Positions 50,166 to 63,789 of a stretch of DNA of 64,000 bases are shown here, piece by piece. Position 1 is the first letter of the stretch. Each line of letters opens with the position of its first letter. The DNA is from Podarcis filfolensis (lineage: Eukaryota), in NCBI GenBank assembly GCA_964270895.1, contig OZ185440.1; one strand, written 5' to 3'. The translations under genes were made by a program, and so were the position numbers. Below the pieces are notes generated by a model that made no database searches, was not told the DNA's origin, and saw nothing but the letters and a program-made list of their open reading frames with translations.

Positions 50166-50190
50166 GCTGTTACTGCTGATTCACCTAGTG

Positions 50191-50326
50191 CAGTGATGGC
50201 CAAACTTGGCCCTCCAGCTGTTTTAGGACTACAATTCCCATCATCCCTGACCACTGGTCCTGTTAGCTAGGGATGATGGGAGTTGTAGTCCCAAAACAGC
50301 TGGAGGACCAAGTTTGGCCATCACTG
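50191..50326. mobile_element. Hairpin hAT-type MITE (136 bp, near-perfect palindrome)
   Basis: About 57-bp arms starting CAGTGATGGCCAAACTTGG with about 3 mismatches. Flanks ACCTAGTG / GTCTAGTG (6/8). Confidence 0.9.
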
Positions 50327-51666
50327 GTCTAGTGCTTCTGTTCTCATTGCCAGCCTGTTCACAGCCATCCATTCCCACTGCTGCTTCTCAACAACATCCA
50401 TCCTGCCCCCCAGTAGGTTGTGGGGAGCATCAGGGTACTGCAGGGAGGAAGATCCAGGGGGAAGCATGCCCTGGTCCCCCTCAAATATTTGGCAGGCTCT
50501 GATTTTTTGCAGTGCAGATGTGTATCCAGATGTAAATCTGTATCTACCTTTGCATGAGCCAAAACCTGCTTTCTTGCATACATCCCTTGCTGACTATGTT
50601 TCCAGAAACTGATGTTCTTGGGGCTAGCTTGTTGCAGTCTTCTGCAATATTCCTACATGTACTTAAGTAGCAATAAATGTGTAATGGCAACTGGTCAGTC
50701 CAACTCACCAGTAGAGGGATGTGCTTCTGAATTTATTCTGGAATTCTGCATATCACAAGCCTGCCACCTATTCCAACATACACATCATCAATTCTCCTAC
50801 TGCATTTTCTGGTGTTTTGCAAATAGGCAACGTTTTAACTGAGCTTCAAGATGCACTCAGAAAGTGGAGTGTGCATCCACTCAGAATTGTTGCTATCTTG
50901 GTATGGGCCATTTCATTTATACAAGGTCCTGCATTAAGTTCAGCTCCATGGAGGGAAAAGTGCATATTTTAATAAGAGGGTGTCTTTTTAAAAAAGAAAA
51001 AGCTAGGCTTTTATTTATTTTATCTGCTACATTATATTCCACCTTTCTTCCCTCGTGTTACTCAAGGTGGCACAAATGGGTTTCCCAGAGGAAATCTTCC
51101 ATCAAGCCACTTGACAGAAGTGAACCTGCTCACCTTCCCTTTGTGCCCTAAGCCACTTTACACAAAGTTTGTGCGCAAGAGGCTGGGAAAATGTTTTTCC
51201 AACACTGCACAGAAAGTTGCAAATATGTTGCAGCTCTAAGAAAATACTTCTATGTGTTTGTATAGTTCCACTTGCTCAGAGGAGACTGGTGGTTTGTTGT
51301 ACGTTGGCTGCACTTGTATAACTTTGTGTCAAAGGCAAAAGATTATTGAACTGAGAAAAAGGAAGCCGAACTCTTGACTGGCTGCATTAAGAAAATTCCA
51401 TAGGCAAGTTATTTCTCTAAAAAGGAGGCAATGGCTGATTGGGGCAAATGAGACAAATGAAAGCTTGCCTCTGAGAGGCAAATGAAAGCTTTCCAACATG
51501 TATGTATTTATTTCAGTTATTAATTGCTTTTCAGGGTCAAGCTATCACAAAGTGAGAGAGACAAGAGAATTTTTTAAAAAAAAACACTAGAGTATCAGAC
51601 AAAATAGGAAGCTCCGAGTGGAGGCAACAAATTGATTCATGAAAAAAACTGTTAAAGCACCTAAAC

Positions 51667-51797
51667 AAGAGGTAACCAACACAGTGCCCTCCAGATGCTG
51701 TGGACTGCAGCTTGCATTATCCCTGACCACTGGCCATGCTGGCTGTGGCTGATGAGAGTTGCAGTCCTAAACAGCGACACCAAATAGGCTACCTCTG
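51667..51797. mobile_element. Hairpin hAT-type MITE
   Basis: Perfect 8-bp TSD ACCTAAAC (51659-51666 and 51798-51805). Ends AAGAGGTAACC / GGCTACCTCTG. Confidence 0.8.
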
Positions 51798-51834
51798 ACC
51801 TAAACTCTTTTAAAGAGAGGCAATAGTAAAAAGA

Positions 51835-52020
51835 TAAGATTTAAAGGCTTTATTGAATACCAAAACTCAGTGGGCCAAGTAAATGTTAACTGGAAGAGAG
51901 TTCCATACAGTGGAGCCACCACTGAGAAAGCCCTGTCTTGTGTGCTCATCGACCATGCTGATTTCACAATAGGCACACATGGCAAGACCTCTAATACAGA
52001 TCTTAGATTACAGGCAGGGA
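51835..52020 (-). mobile_element. L2 LINE fragment
   Basis: gagttccatacagtggagccaccactgagaaagccctgtc. Reverse strand reads DRAFSVVAPLYG. Confidence 0.7.
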
Positions 52021-53250
52021 GCGATGGATGTAGGCTCTCCTTAGCAAACTGCTTTAAGTCTCTAACTGCCAGGAAATTAAGGATGAAAATAGATCAAATC
52101 TAAAACCTATCAGCATTGTTTGGGGGCCTTTGTCTTTTAATGAAGGCTTTATAGTCCATGTTCACCCTGAATGTCAATGATATACACCCAACTTGCAGGA
52201 ACATATTTGTATATTAAGATTTATTTAAATCATTTCGGGGGGTTTTCATGGAAAGAGCCTGTTGCTTTCAATCTTGCTCGGTTTCATGATGTTACTTTTG
52301 TTTATCCATTCAGTGTGGATATTGCAATTTATATTTGTATCTAAACCAATAGGTTTGGGGCTTACTGTATTTGCTGTGCTTTTTCAAGGGGTTGGGCTGA
52401 ATAGAAATTAAGGTGGTATGTCATATGGGTCCCATTTGAATGCTATTAATAATCTTCTAAAATGCAGAACTTACTTGTATTTCCTCTAGATGCTCAATGT
52501 AACCCCGAAAGTCACTTCTCTCTTTGACAGAAGCCAGACACATTTTGGAACCCCAAAAGTTCATTGGTGAAGAGGCCTGTCCAGACTGCAAGTCATTTAT
52601 TTCTGTTGGCTAATAATACCAAGTGCCCATCTGAAGTCAAAACAGCAATGTTCCATTTTAACTGTAGTGGACCTAATCTCAGAAGGTTTCCTCAGTCTAT
52701 CAGAAAGGCCAGGAGGCTATCTGAACCACACAAGACACCCTTCTCCTTTGGATGAAGTCTGATCAGTCTCCAGACCCCAAAGGCAACCCCACTGATCTGT
52801 CTATTCTTGAACTACCAACACCCTTAGAATTTTCACCTCAGTCTGAAGTAGACTCACTCAGGGTGACTCTCCTACAATTCAAACACCCCCATCTGACTAC
52901 AGCAAACCTACAAAGTTTGCTACCAAGCCACACAATCCTAATATTACACTTGGGAACCAGGAAGAAAGGAAGAAAGGGGAAGGATCTAATCTGAATTCTA
53001 CAAACCTGGCTAAATATGTATATGGTAAACAACTAGGGTTGGCCCAAAAGATTTTGCTGCCAGAGATGGAATGGCAAATGTAACAGCTACTTCCATTACT
53101 AGAAAACATTTCCTCTGAGTTCTTTATCACATAGTAAAAATCAGAGATATCGGTAATGTCTTCCTGGCCCAATTTATGTGCCCTTTGAGACATTTGAATA
53201 AATCACAAGTTAACAGTTAATGGTTGATGTGAGGGTCACTAAATAAAATA

Positions 53251-53401
53251 CAGTGGTACCTCGGGATGCGAACGGGATCCATTCCAGAGCCCCGTTCGCA
53301 TCCCGAACGGAACGCAAGACGTGCTCCGTTACTTCCGGATTGCCGCGGAGCGCAACTCGAACGCGCTCCACCCAAAGCACATTCAACTCAAGATATGACT
53401 G
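53251..53401. mobile_element. Tc1/mariner-type MITE with perfect internal hairpin
   Basis: (ta)CAGTGGTACCTCGG ... TCAAGATATGACTG(ta). 15-bp IR CGGGATGCGAACGGG (53262-53276) / CCCGTTCGCATCCCG (53291-53305). Confidence 0.85.
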
Positions 53402-53479
53402 TATTTGTTTCCCTACACTTGCTTAAACAGATAGAAGGGCTTGTGCCAATTTTAAAGATGACACAAATGTATTGTGTGA

Positions 53480-53580
53480 AACATGCTCTACAAGGGCCTT
53501 TGCAGCTGCCCTTGAAGGCTCCTGAGAAATTGCAGCTAGTCCAAAATGGAGCAGCCAGATTAATATCTTACATTAGCTGC
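53480..53580 (+). mobile_element. L2 ORF2 fragment
   Basis: QLPLKAPEKLQLVQNGAARLIS matches the L2 motif LPLKxxxKLQLVQNAAARL. Confidence 0.75.
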
Positions 53581-53944
53581 AAGGGGCATGTACTACTTAC
53601 TTACTTATTATTGCTTCCAAGATAAACTCAAGGTGGTAGTGCACACCTTCAAAGTCTAGACTCAGGATAGTTCCTTAAGTTAGTTCCCATCCTTAAAGAT
53701 CCGGGAATGTTAACTAGGGTTCCACAAGGACCACTGTGTTTACCGCCAAATGGACTTGAGCCCTTTTGCATATACTCCTAGCAAGGGTACATGAACATGA
53801 ATGGGTGCTTGAGCACCTTACCTTGCCCCTCCCCAGTACCCTCTCAAATTTCCTAGGTCAGAAGAAGGGGAAAGTGAAGGCAGCAGAGCTTCCTTTCCTG
53901 CCAAGAAGTGCACTGAGACTACCAACTACCATGGAACAGGAAGT

Positions 53945-54170
53945 TTGACAAGATGATTTTCAAGGTCCCTTCCAATTATACAATTGGAATTCTAGTAATT
54001 ACAGCCACCTCTGGCCTCCCAGAGTAGAGGCAGCATGCTTATGAACACCAGCTGCTAGGGAGCAATGGTGGGAGAGGGTTATTGCTCTCTTGTCCTGCTT
54101 GTGGGTATCTTGCCATTGTGGAAAAGAGGATGCTGCACTAGACAGGCTTTTGGTCTGATCCAGCAGCACT
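53945..54170 (+). mobile_element. CR1 / CR1-tailed SINE 3' remnants
   Basis: agatgattttcaaggtcccttccaa and ggatgctgcactagacaggcttttggtctgatccagcag resemble CR1-type 3' ends. Confidence 0.55.
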
Positions 54171-54706
54171 CATGTTTTTAACACTTTCCTATAGGAATGA
54201 TGGGATGTGCGGTCCCAACATCTTCCTTAGCAGAAAAGGCCATTCCACTAAGTTGCTAGAGCTGCTTCAACTACCAAGTCTTCTTTCTCCTGCCTCGGGT
54301 AAATTGAGACAGCAGCTAAAAGGGGAAGACAATGGGCCCCTGCTTTTAGCTCGATATGAACAAGTCCCTGCTTGACTTATGCTTCCTCTCAAGTAATTGA
54401 ACAGGCAAAGTTGCCTTTGTGATCTTTTCTTTTCAGTTACTTGCCACATCTCGAATGGGCAGTCCCAGCATCTGTTGGCTTAGAGGCCACTGCCAAACAA
54501 GCATTTGGGATAGAAGTTCCTAAGCTTTCGAATCAGCTTCCTATCACAGTGTGACAGATCTGGGAACCTAACCCTTTTCAACAAGTGGTTAAATCTTATT
54601 TAAATCTTATTAAATGATATGAATCTTACTGTGCCCTGCTTTGGGAAATGATATGAATGAAAAATGGGTTCAAAATAAATAAATAAAAGTGGTGTCACTG
54701 CAACAA

Positions 54707-54736
54707 GGAGGAGGAGGAGGAGGAGGAGGAGGAGGA
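54707..54736. repeat. (GGA)10 microsatellite
   Basis: Seen directly. Confidence 0.95.
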
Positions 54737-55689
54737 AGCAAAACAATAAAAGCAGGAGAGGGAAATGATGTTTATGACAGGTGACAGGTAAATCTGCAAA
54801 TGATTGCCTGAACATCCCCCGCTCCAGATAATGCAAAGCTAACAACTGCTCTTGTTATGTCCTTATTTGAATGCACCATTAAAAATAATTATTATTTGAA
54901 AGTCTGACCAATGAGAAAGTCCCTGCAGAACCTGAGCATGAAATTAGCAGCCAGTTTTCTAAGAAATACAGGATTTCAATATGTCATGGGGCATATCTTC
55001 TACCAACGAAAGGAGAGAAATATACTAGACATTATTCAGGCTCATGCTTATATTTAAAGTTAGCACAACATGAGGCGATTTTTAAATTGGAAACTCAGTA
55101 TAGGTCACTCTAAAAAAGGAGGTAATGGACTCTTATTAAAGACTCACTTTGCAACTCTTAGATTTGTGCTAGAAAAAATGTACGTAATTTCAGATCATAA
55201 CACAACTGGAACCTACAAAAAAATTGAGGTGTAGTTCTCCTGCTCACTATTCCAGTCAGGTGATGCAGCCATGCCCCTCTCTATAATACTCCATTTGATT
55301 CCCCTTCTTATCTGGTTCTTCCACACGAAACAAATAGTCTGCATTCCATGGCCACCTCACAGCCCTTTCCAACAGTTTTGTTGTACTTTGGTGAACTCTA
55401 GGACTCAGCCGAGCCTGCTAATACCTCCCTTTTGTGGGGCTGTAGGGCTGTTTTGGCTATGTAAGCATCTGCACTCACACTTGGATGTCAGAAATAGATG
55501 TAATGATAAATCTGTCCCTAAACTGTTCACCAAGAGAGATTTATTTTTCTTTTGTTTTTATAGCCTTTGCTTTATAGCCATGTAGTTGTGGGAGCTTGAC
55601 AATGGACTCTCCCTGGACCCTGCATTTATCATTTGAGGTCTTCCTCCATGTGCCCTCTCTTGAGGGAGGTGTAGACTGACAACACGAGA

Positions 55690-56010
55690 GTAGGCCTTTT
55701 TAGAGGTGGTTCACAAAATGCTCTCCCCAGGGAAGTATGCCCGGCACCATCAATGGCTGCTTTTAGGCACCAGGAAAAAACATTGCTTTTCAGTCATGCT
55801 TTTGGCCTATAACTTGTAAAGTTTTAGATATTGTGGCCTCCTTTAGTTGGTGGGATGTGTTGGACTGCCTTTTATGTATATGACTATGTTTTGCTTTTCT
55901 GTTGTTTTAATTTTAAATTGGATTTTTTTTTTTTGTATTTTATTGTAAGTCACTTAAGCTTACTTTTTGTAATAAAGAAGGTGACCAGTAAGTGCAACAA
56001 ACAAACAAAC
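55690..56010 (+). mobile_element. L2 LINE 3' end
   Basis: aggcctttttagaggtgg...ctctccccagggaagt..., T-rich region, ttgtaagtcactt, (ACAA)n tail. Confidence 0.65.
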
Positions 56011-59000
56011 CAACAAACTTTATTGCTGGAATATGGCGACTCCATACTTCAGAGCCAGGCTCCAGTATGAAGCTGCCATTTTGGAACTGATTAACAACTT
56101 TTACACTGTGGAATTTAGTCTCAAGAGATCCTGAAAATTACTCACTACAGGAAGTCATTATCCTTCGTTTTGTACTTGTTTATACTGTTGATCTTGCTAT
56201 TCCTATGATGAATCACTACTGGCTGCTAGTTTGGAATGAGGCCCACCCATGCTGATGGGTTCCTGTTCTTTTGCTTGGATTCTGTATTCTTTCTCATGCA
56301 CTGCTGTTTAAAAGAGAGCTACTTGCTTTATCACTATTTCTCCCATGACGGCCTCAAACTGCAGGCAGTGTGGATATGGCCTGGGTGCTGAGTGGCAGGG
56401 GGAAGTGGGACCTTATCAAAGAGACAAAGTTATGCAGGTTATCTTTCAAAAATCAGTCCAGTGTAGGGTATCATTCAGGTCATTGTTCTAGATTAACTGT
56501 GGCTTCAGGTGGCATGCATTTGTTTAAAACCGTTTTTAAAGCTGTACTTCTATATTGCTGCAACCCACCCTTGGACTCTTCAGTGAAGGGCAGGTAAAAG
56601 ATCTAGTAAGAATAATTGCTACCAACTAGGGCCCTGTGGCTGCTGGGATGAGGGTGGGGAGGCAGAACACTGAGATCGGGAGAAAGGAATGCTGACCCAG
56701 TTGCTCAAGAGCATAACAGACCAAAAGGTGAACGTTTGCCCTCAAATTTTAATATAACATGTAGGAAAGCATGCTGTCTGGCAGCGCCTTGTGTTTATAT
56801 TTTAGCATGGACTTCTGGTCATGAAATGACACCCTCAGCCTACATACACACACGTTTTTGATGGGTGGATAAGGAGAGAGATCAGAAAACACCCTGCTTC
56901 GTTTTATGCTCTGCTGTGCTAGGAGAGAGCAGGCCTCTCTCTGTGCATTGCACAACTATACAACAAGATGTGCCTTGTTCCTCGCTCCTGGGCAGCCTTC
57001 CCTGCTGGAAGAAAAGACTTCTGTCAATTTCTGCTGGGGGGGCGGGCTGCCCAGCCCTAAAGATAACACACATTTCCAGGGGAAGTGATACGACACCCAC
57101 CCCCACCCCCACTTTGTTGGCGGGAAAACCCATAGTCTGGTTCTACCACCCTTCAGCTCTCAGATCCCAGACTAAACTAACCTGGAGGGTCATTCAAAGT
57201 TTACTTTCTCAGAGCTATAAGCAGGAGCTCCCAAATGCTTAAAGGGTCTTTACATCTTAAACAGCTGTGCCCCAAATAAGGGTGTCTCATCTTCTCAACT
57301 TCTGTTTGTGTTGGGGGGTGAAGGGTGGGAGGGGGGCGTAGAATGCCTCCAGCTCACCCTCTATGCCTCAGGAATGCACAGGACAGCAATCCTCTTAGAA
57401 GAGCTGATCTAGAGAGCCACACACCCAATGTGATGATGCTGAGAAACCAAGCTTTCAATCCCCCCCTTTCCTAGAGTATAGGATTACAAATATCCATTTG
57501 CTTCAAGGGAGGTCTCATTGAAGAACCTCACCGTTCCACTGAATATAATGGTGCTCCTTAGTTCAGAATGAAATTGCATTACACAGGGAACACTGTTCGG
57601 TAGTGTCTGCTATTGTTGCAATGTTGATCTAGCAACTGCTGTCAAAAATTAGGCAAAAACACTGAATTAAGTTACTGAACAATTCATTAGCTTACTGAAC
57701 AATTAATTAGCTTATCTTTACTTGTATTTTCTTTAAGGTTACTGGCATTTACGAGGAACTCTGCACCCAAATTATTATAGTGCTTGCATAACACTTCTTG
57801 TAAGCTGCAGCCTCTCTTGTTTAAGGCACCAGGAGTTAACTGGATATTTCAAATGCCTTCACTTCCTACCTGGTCAAGTCTTCATCACAAGTCTGAAATT
57901 TTCCCTGGGACTCACATCTGAGGGAACCAAGAAGTTCGTATTCACAAAGAGCTAAACTTTCTCAGAAACCAGTGAGTGTGTGTCTGAAAGAGCAAGGAAC
58001 CCCCAATCAATACTGATGCTAAGCAATCCTTGGATTAGGTAGTGGATTGCCTCACTCTTTCAGACAATTACCTGTGGCTCCCAGTTTCATTCATTCATAT
58101 CATGTTTATTCTGCCCATTTATCGAAATTTGCCAAGTTTACATAGACAATAAGGTACAATGCACAATTGTTAAACCCCTTAAACATAAACAACAAAACAA
58201 GAGGCAAAGCAGAAAGTCCAACAAACAACTAAAACCAGCATTAAACATAGCAATGGAGAGCATGGTGCAAAAAGTGAAGCACCTAATGGGTTCTAATTAA
58301 ATAAAAAAATTCCCCTGCCCCCCCAATATGCATATGTACAGAGCTACAATCTACCTTCTGTAAAGTGGAACCATATATCTGTGCAGTGGTTTCCTCAGCC
58401 CCCCCCCCCCCGCTTGGCATATGTAGATGTTAAAGAGAAGGAGCTACTAATTCTCAGGTGCCCCGAGCCCAAAAGGATTTAGTATAATTGAAAATATAAT
58501 GATCAGGGCTGTGGTGTTCTGTATGTTTCTGTGTGCTCCCCTGTTGCACAGAATCTAGACCACAGCACAGAACCTGGCACTTTGCATGAGCCACTGCCCA
58601 CAAGCAAAGATAGGTGGTGGTGGTGTTGCATCAGCACCACTTGCAAGGCAAATGAAGCAAGCCCTGCCTAGCATCCACCCCAACAGCAGCCACAGCCACA
58701 GCCACACACACACACACACACTCTCCATTGTGCCCCCATCAGATCAAATTTCCCTTTCATCATTGCCTTCAACTTCCCCATCTTTCTGAAAACATTCTCG
58801 CTTCTGCCTCCACCCTTGCAAGCAAAATAAACCATCTCCTCTGTTAAAGGACCATCAGATGAGAGTCAGCTATACATGCCATGAACTGGAATGATTTATC
58901 TAACTCAGAAAGAACGGGCTTTTCTTAGGGTTTGGAAAAGTATATGCTCAAAAATGATGTTGTTTTATATCTGCATCCCCCTGCATCTTCTAGCAAGAAA

Positions 59001-59113
59001 TTATTATTTAAGTGCACATGGTGGTGATGTTTATCCCTCACATTCCTGGAGAATGTTTAACGCCCTGAGAGTTACTGGGGCAACAATTACTATGTGAGTA
59101 GGTGTGTTATGAA

Positions 59114-59460
59114 GGGACGCAGGTGGTGCTGTGGTCTAAACCACAGAGCCTAGGGCTTGCCGATCAGAAGATAGGTGGTTCGAATCCCTGTGACGGGGTG
59201 AGCTCCCGTTGCTCGGTCCCTTCTCCTGCCCACCTAGCAGTTCAAAAGCCTGTCAAAGTGCAAGTAGATAAATAGATACCGTTCCGGCGGGAAGGTAAAC
59301 GGCATTTCCATGCACTGCTCTGGTTCGCCAGAAGCGGCTTAGTCATGCTGGCCACATGACCCAGAAGCTGTACGCTGGCTCCCTCGGCCAGTAAAGCAAG
59401 ATGAGTGCCGCAACCCGAGTCATCTGCGACTGGATCTAACAGTCAGGGGTCCTTTACCTT
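59114..59460 (+). mobile_element. Sauria SINE, full length
   Basis: GGGACGCAGGTGG head, B box GGTTCGAATCC, CCTTTACCTT tail. TSD TAGGTGTGTTATG / TAGCTGTGTTATG (12/13). Confidence 0.95.
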
Positions 59461-59849
59461 TAGCTGTGTTATGTACAATAGGAACAAGAGAGGCTCTCAA
59501 AATCCCAGTGGAATTGCCTGGAACAAGTTATTATCTGCCCCCTATTTTAGTGAATAGCTTCACCATCACTCTTAAGTTTTCATTCAGAAGTCCCTGATGT
59601 ACAGGCACTAATAAACATAGGAGGCTGCTTTATAACATCAAACCATTGGCCCATCTTTCCCCAGTCTTCTGACTAGCAGTAAGTAAACCTTCAGGATCTC
59701 AGACATAAGCTGCCTGGGTCCCTTTTAAATGGCGATGCCAAGGATAAAACCTGAGACCTTCAACCCGCAATGTCCACCAAGTTGTATGTGAAATTCGGGT
59801 TCCAATTCTACCATCCCGACTTGTCCTTCTCTACTAAGTTTTTTACTTC

Positions 59850-60125
59850 ATAAGATTTATATAGTGCTTGGTTGTAATAAAATCTCAATGTGGTTTACAA
59901 AAAGAGAACAATAAAATTATCAGTAAAATACAGTTTAAAAAAACTATTTAGAATATTTAAAACATTATCAACAATAAGCTTAATAAACTGATTAAAATAC
60001 ACATCATCATTCTATATCTCTGGATAGGTTTGCCTAGACAAAAATGTTTTTGACAGACTTCAAAAAGAGCACCTGCCTAATGTCAACAGGCAGGGAGTTC
60101 CAAAGTATGTGTGCTGCCACACCAA
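59850..60125 (-). mobile_element. L2 LINE 3' fragment
   Basis: gatttatatagtgctt tail, A-rich stretch, ggcagggagttccaaagt...gctgccacacc. Confidence 0.65.
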
Positions 60126-63100
60126 TAGATTTCTCACAACCTTGTTGCCACTGTGACATCAACTAATTGCTAATGACAAACTGCCCATCCTTCCTTTGCT
60201 GCAAATTAAGTAACTGTTGGATTCCAAAAATTGAGGTGAACTGTAGTGCCTAGATGCCTGTTAGGATACACCTGCTCCTTCATAAACATTTTAGGATGGA
60301 GATACAATCTGGCCTTACTCTTTCAACTTTGAATAATAAGCCCAGTTCCACTGCAGGCACCTGAGTAGTGAGAAAGGCTCACCTTGTCTGTGTGTGTGCG
60401 CATGCACACATGCATGCCAAGAGTCAACTGGGGGTGGGGAGTTGCTACTGGCTAGTCATTGCATCGGGAGATGCATCTTGCACATGCCTAGAGTTGCTCT
60501 CTTCCTTTCTTAGTGTTGCATCTCCTTCAGGGCTGGCTCATATAAAGTCCTTTCCATCCACATTACCTGTGAAGAATGTCCTTTAAAGGTAGGGTCATTG
60601 TCCTTTGGTCAACTTTGACTCAAGCATTGGATCCCACTTCACCCAGTTCCTACCAGCAGACCATGGCCTGGCAATGAAGGGGAAACATGTGCGTGATGAT
60701 TCTGCCCTTCACTCCCCTCGATTTTGCTGCCTCCACCCAATTTTTTTTTTTAAGTGAAAGAGACACACTTGGAATTAGAGTGGTTGTGACATTTAGGTGG
60801 CAGGCCATTGTGTGAGACCCTGAAAGTTTAAAAAACAAGTGCCATAGAACTCGGAGGGCTTAAAGCAACCCCCTTTGTGGAGCAAAGGACTGAGTTTTGA
60901 TTCGGGACAATGGTGTTTCTCAAATTTCTTCCAAAAACCTGCACCCCATCTGTGATTTGAATGCAATCGCTTTTCTCTCACCCTGCAATTCATTTGGCAA
61001 AGACGAAGCAGATGCAAGAGACGGGGGCTGAATTTTAATGATTGGGTTTTACCTGAAACAAAACAAAACAAGCAAAAACAAAACAAAACAAAAAAAGAAC
61101 CCAGCGGATCCTTTTAAGAAACAAAACAAAACACATGTTTGAAGTTAGCAAGAAGGGTAGGGATAATATAAAATATCATTTAAAAGGGCTCCGATCATTA
61201 GACTCCAAGAAGAGCTCTGCTAATGAGCCTCTCACAAATGAGGGAAGTGCTGCTTTTCCTCCGTTTTCTGCTTGGCTTGCCACAAAATTGCCTACCTGGG
61301 GCGGGGAGGTTGGGTTATTACACAGTATGGACTCACATGATAAGATGGAGGTCAGCCGCATTTGGATTTCCCTGTGATGTCAGCACACTAGTATCACAGG
61401 ATGTTTCAGATCTCTGTCATTAAATATATATATCTAATATACATGTGTATTGAGTTCACTAAGGGTGATCTTCCTGTCCTATGCCGGACTACTGACACTA
61501 CATTGTATCCTGATTTTGAGATATTTGATCTGGCAACATTGATCCTGTAAAGAGGCATATTGTGGATTTTAGGGTGACTCCTGTTGTCATGAGAGGCAGG
61601 CATCCAGTGTCTGAGTCAGATGATACCAGCTCTCTCAGTCTAGTATTTTATTTTATGGGCAGAGAGGGCAGGATTCAGACTATGTGAACTAACAACAGAA
61701 GTACTCGTGAGTATATACAACCCCCCCCCCCACACAGTGTAACATGCCTCTACTTAGAATGAAGAAATTCCAGGTGGGTTTCTTACCCTAGCCTCTTCTT
61801 CTAAGAACCTCCTTTGTCTAATAGCAGAGTGGTTTGGGGAATTATCACTGCAGTGCAAGTTCAGTGAGCAAATGCCTAGGGGTTTTTTAACCAATGAATT
61901 CAAAAGTGGACGGCACAATACTGACACCTGAGAGTTATATAAGGAATAGAGAATGTTGCACTGTCATTTTGCAAATACGTGGTGCATCCACCCACAGAAC
62001 AATAGTTTCCTGTTCTAGTCTCCCTCGTCTTAAACAGGATACAGCTGTAAAGGCCCAAAATTAATCAGGAATATGGAACTGCTTCAGTACCAACAGAACT
62101 AAAAAAATTAAGAATTCTACTCGGACAGCATATACATAATATGTGTTATCTGGATACGTCGTATAATAGATGCATAAAACCATTAATATGGCACTCCTCG
62201 TTGTGTGTGTTTGGATTAAAATAAATTCATGTTTTTTGTTCGCTTTCAGGAAATATGGACTCAAGTGGACTTACTGTTGCAACATGTGAAGAGATGGCAG
62301 ACAGTGTTTAAGTTGTTCCTTAAACGGCTGAAGTAACTGACAAAGTGATATTAGAGAATGTGCATTCAACTGAAAAGTTTCAAACACAGCTTGGTCAATA
62401 TCCATTGCTTCCTGCTGGAGACCAGCAAGTAAGATACGCTATTTCCAACTCCCTTTCTTTCACATTTCCTACGCCTTTGCGTGGGATGTGCAAAAATGCC
62501 AGTGTTTAGGCACATTTCCCCTCTAGCTGGCATAGACAAGGATCCAAAAGGCTGCTTTCCCATACTGAGTAGTATACTAGTCCACCTCACCCTTTAGGAT
62601 TAATAACTCTGACAGTGGAGGTGTCCTTCCTTGCCCAGCTACCTGAAACCCTTTAGCCATAGATGCTTGGGAAACCAGGTCCTTCTATTACACAAACAGT
62701 AATCTCTCTACTTTCTTCCTCCCTGAATGCCAAACGTTATCTCCTTGCCCAGATGCCTTATTTTTCGCACTTCAGTTTACTCTACAGTGTGGGAAGAAGC
62801 TCCCTTGCTGCATGTTGCGCCGGCCACTGTTTCAGACCGAAGAGTCGGCATGATGGGCTTGTGGTCTGACCCAGGAAAGTTGTCCTTAATGCCGCCTCTT
62901 AGGCTGCTTTGGATGCATCTGAGGCCTTTGCGGAGTAAAAAGAAGAAGAAGGGGGCGGGGGGGGGGAACCAAGGGCACTAAAGCCCACAGCCAATTCCCA
63001 GCCTTTGCTGTAATACTTTGTACCCAAACTGTTGCTTCTGTTCCACCTTCAAGCGTGGATAGCTTTGTAGTTCTCCCAAACACACACACTTGATTGTGTT

Positions 63101-63789
63101 CTCACAGAGCTCTCTCTCCCCTCCCCTCCTCCCCACTCCGCCCTATTCACATCACCTCAAAGTGCATTTAAGCATCAATAAGGTGCGAAGGGAAAATTGT
63201 CTGTCACTTTAATCCAGGCCCAAGGGGCTGGGAAATAAAAAGGGAGAGAAAGGGAACGGTTCTTTAAGAGCCTAAAAATCCATACAATAGCTGTGGGAAT
63301 GCTGGTCAGGCCCTTTCCTAGCCCCTGCCTCCCTGGTGATCCCTCAATTAGCACGCAGGGCCTTATTCTATAGGAGCACTTGTCTTTAAAGGTGAGCCTG
63401 TTTGTTTAAAGGGGCTCTTTTAATATTTACCAAGTTGGCCTCCAGGGAAAGCCAATGGAGCCTGGAGACTGCAATGCCTGGAGAGGAATTTGGGGGAGCT
63501 CTGTGCAAAGGGCCCTGCAAACTCCACTGTGGCAGGTGGGACTTTTGTCATGGTGGCAAGTCAGAGGCAGAGAAAAGCCTGGAGTCTGAGTCTAAGAAAA
63601 AAATGGCTGGTTTTAAAAGACACCAGATAAAACTATGCCTGCGTGCAATCCAGCCCAACGCAAATCAATGGGTGTTTCATCACAGACTTCCCAAGATGGG
63701 GGTGGTATCCTACACACCTATTGTATTTTAGTCTGGTTTTGCACTGCTGGTGATGAACTTGTGTTCTGGTGCAGCAGAGAAGGGAGGCA

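Noticed and set aside
52564-52994. Two abutting ORFs (63 and 80 aa)
   Set aside because: No recognisable domain or splice signals. The length is within chance expectation.
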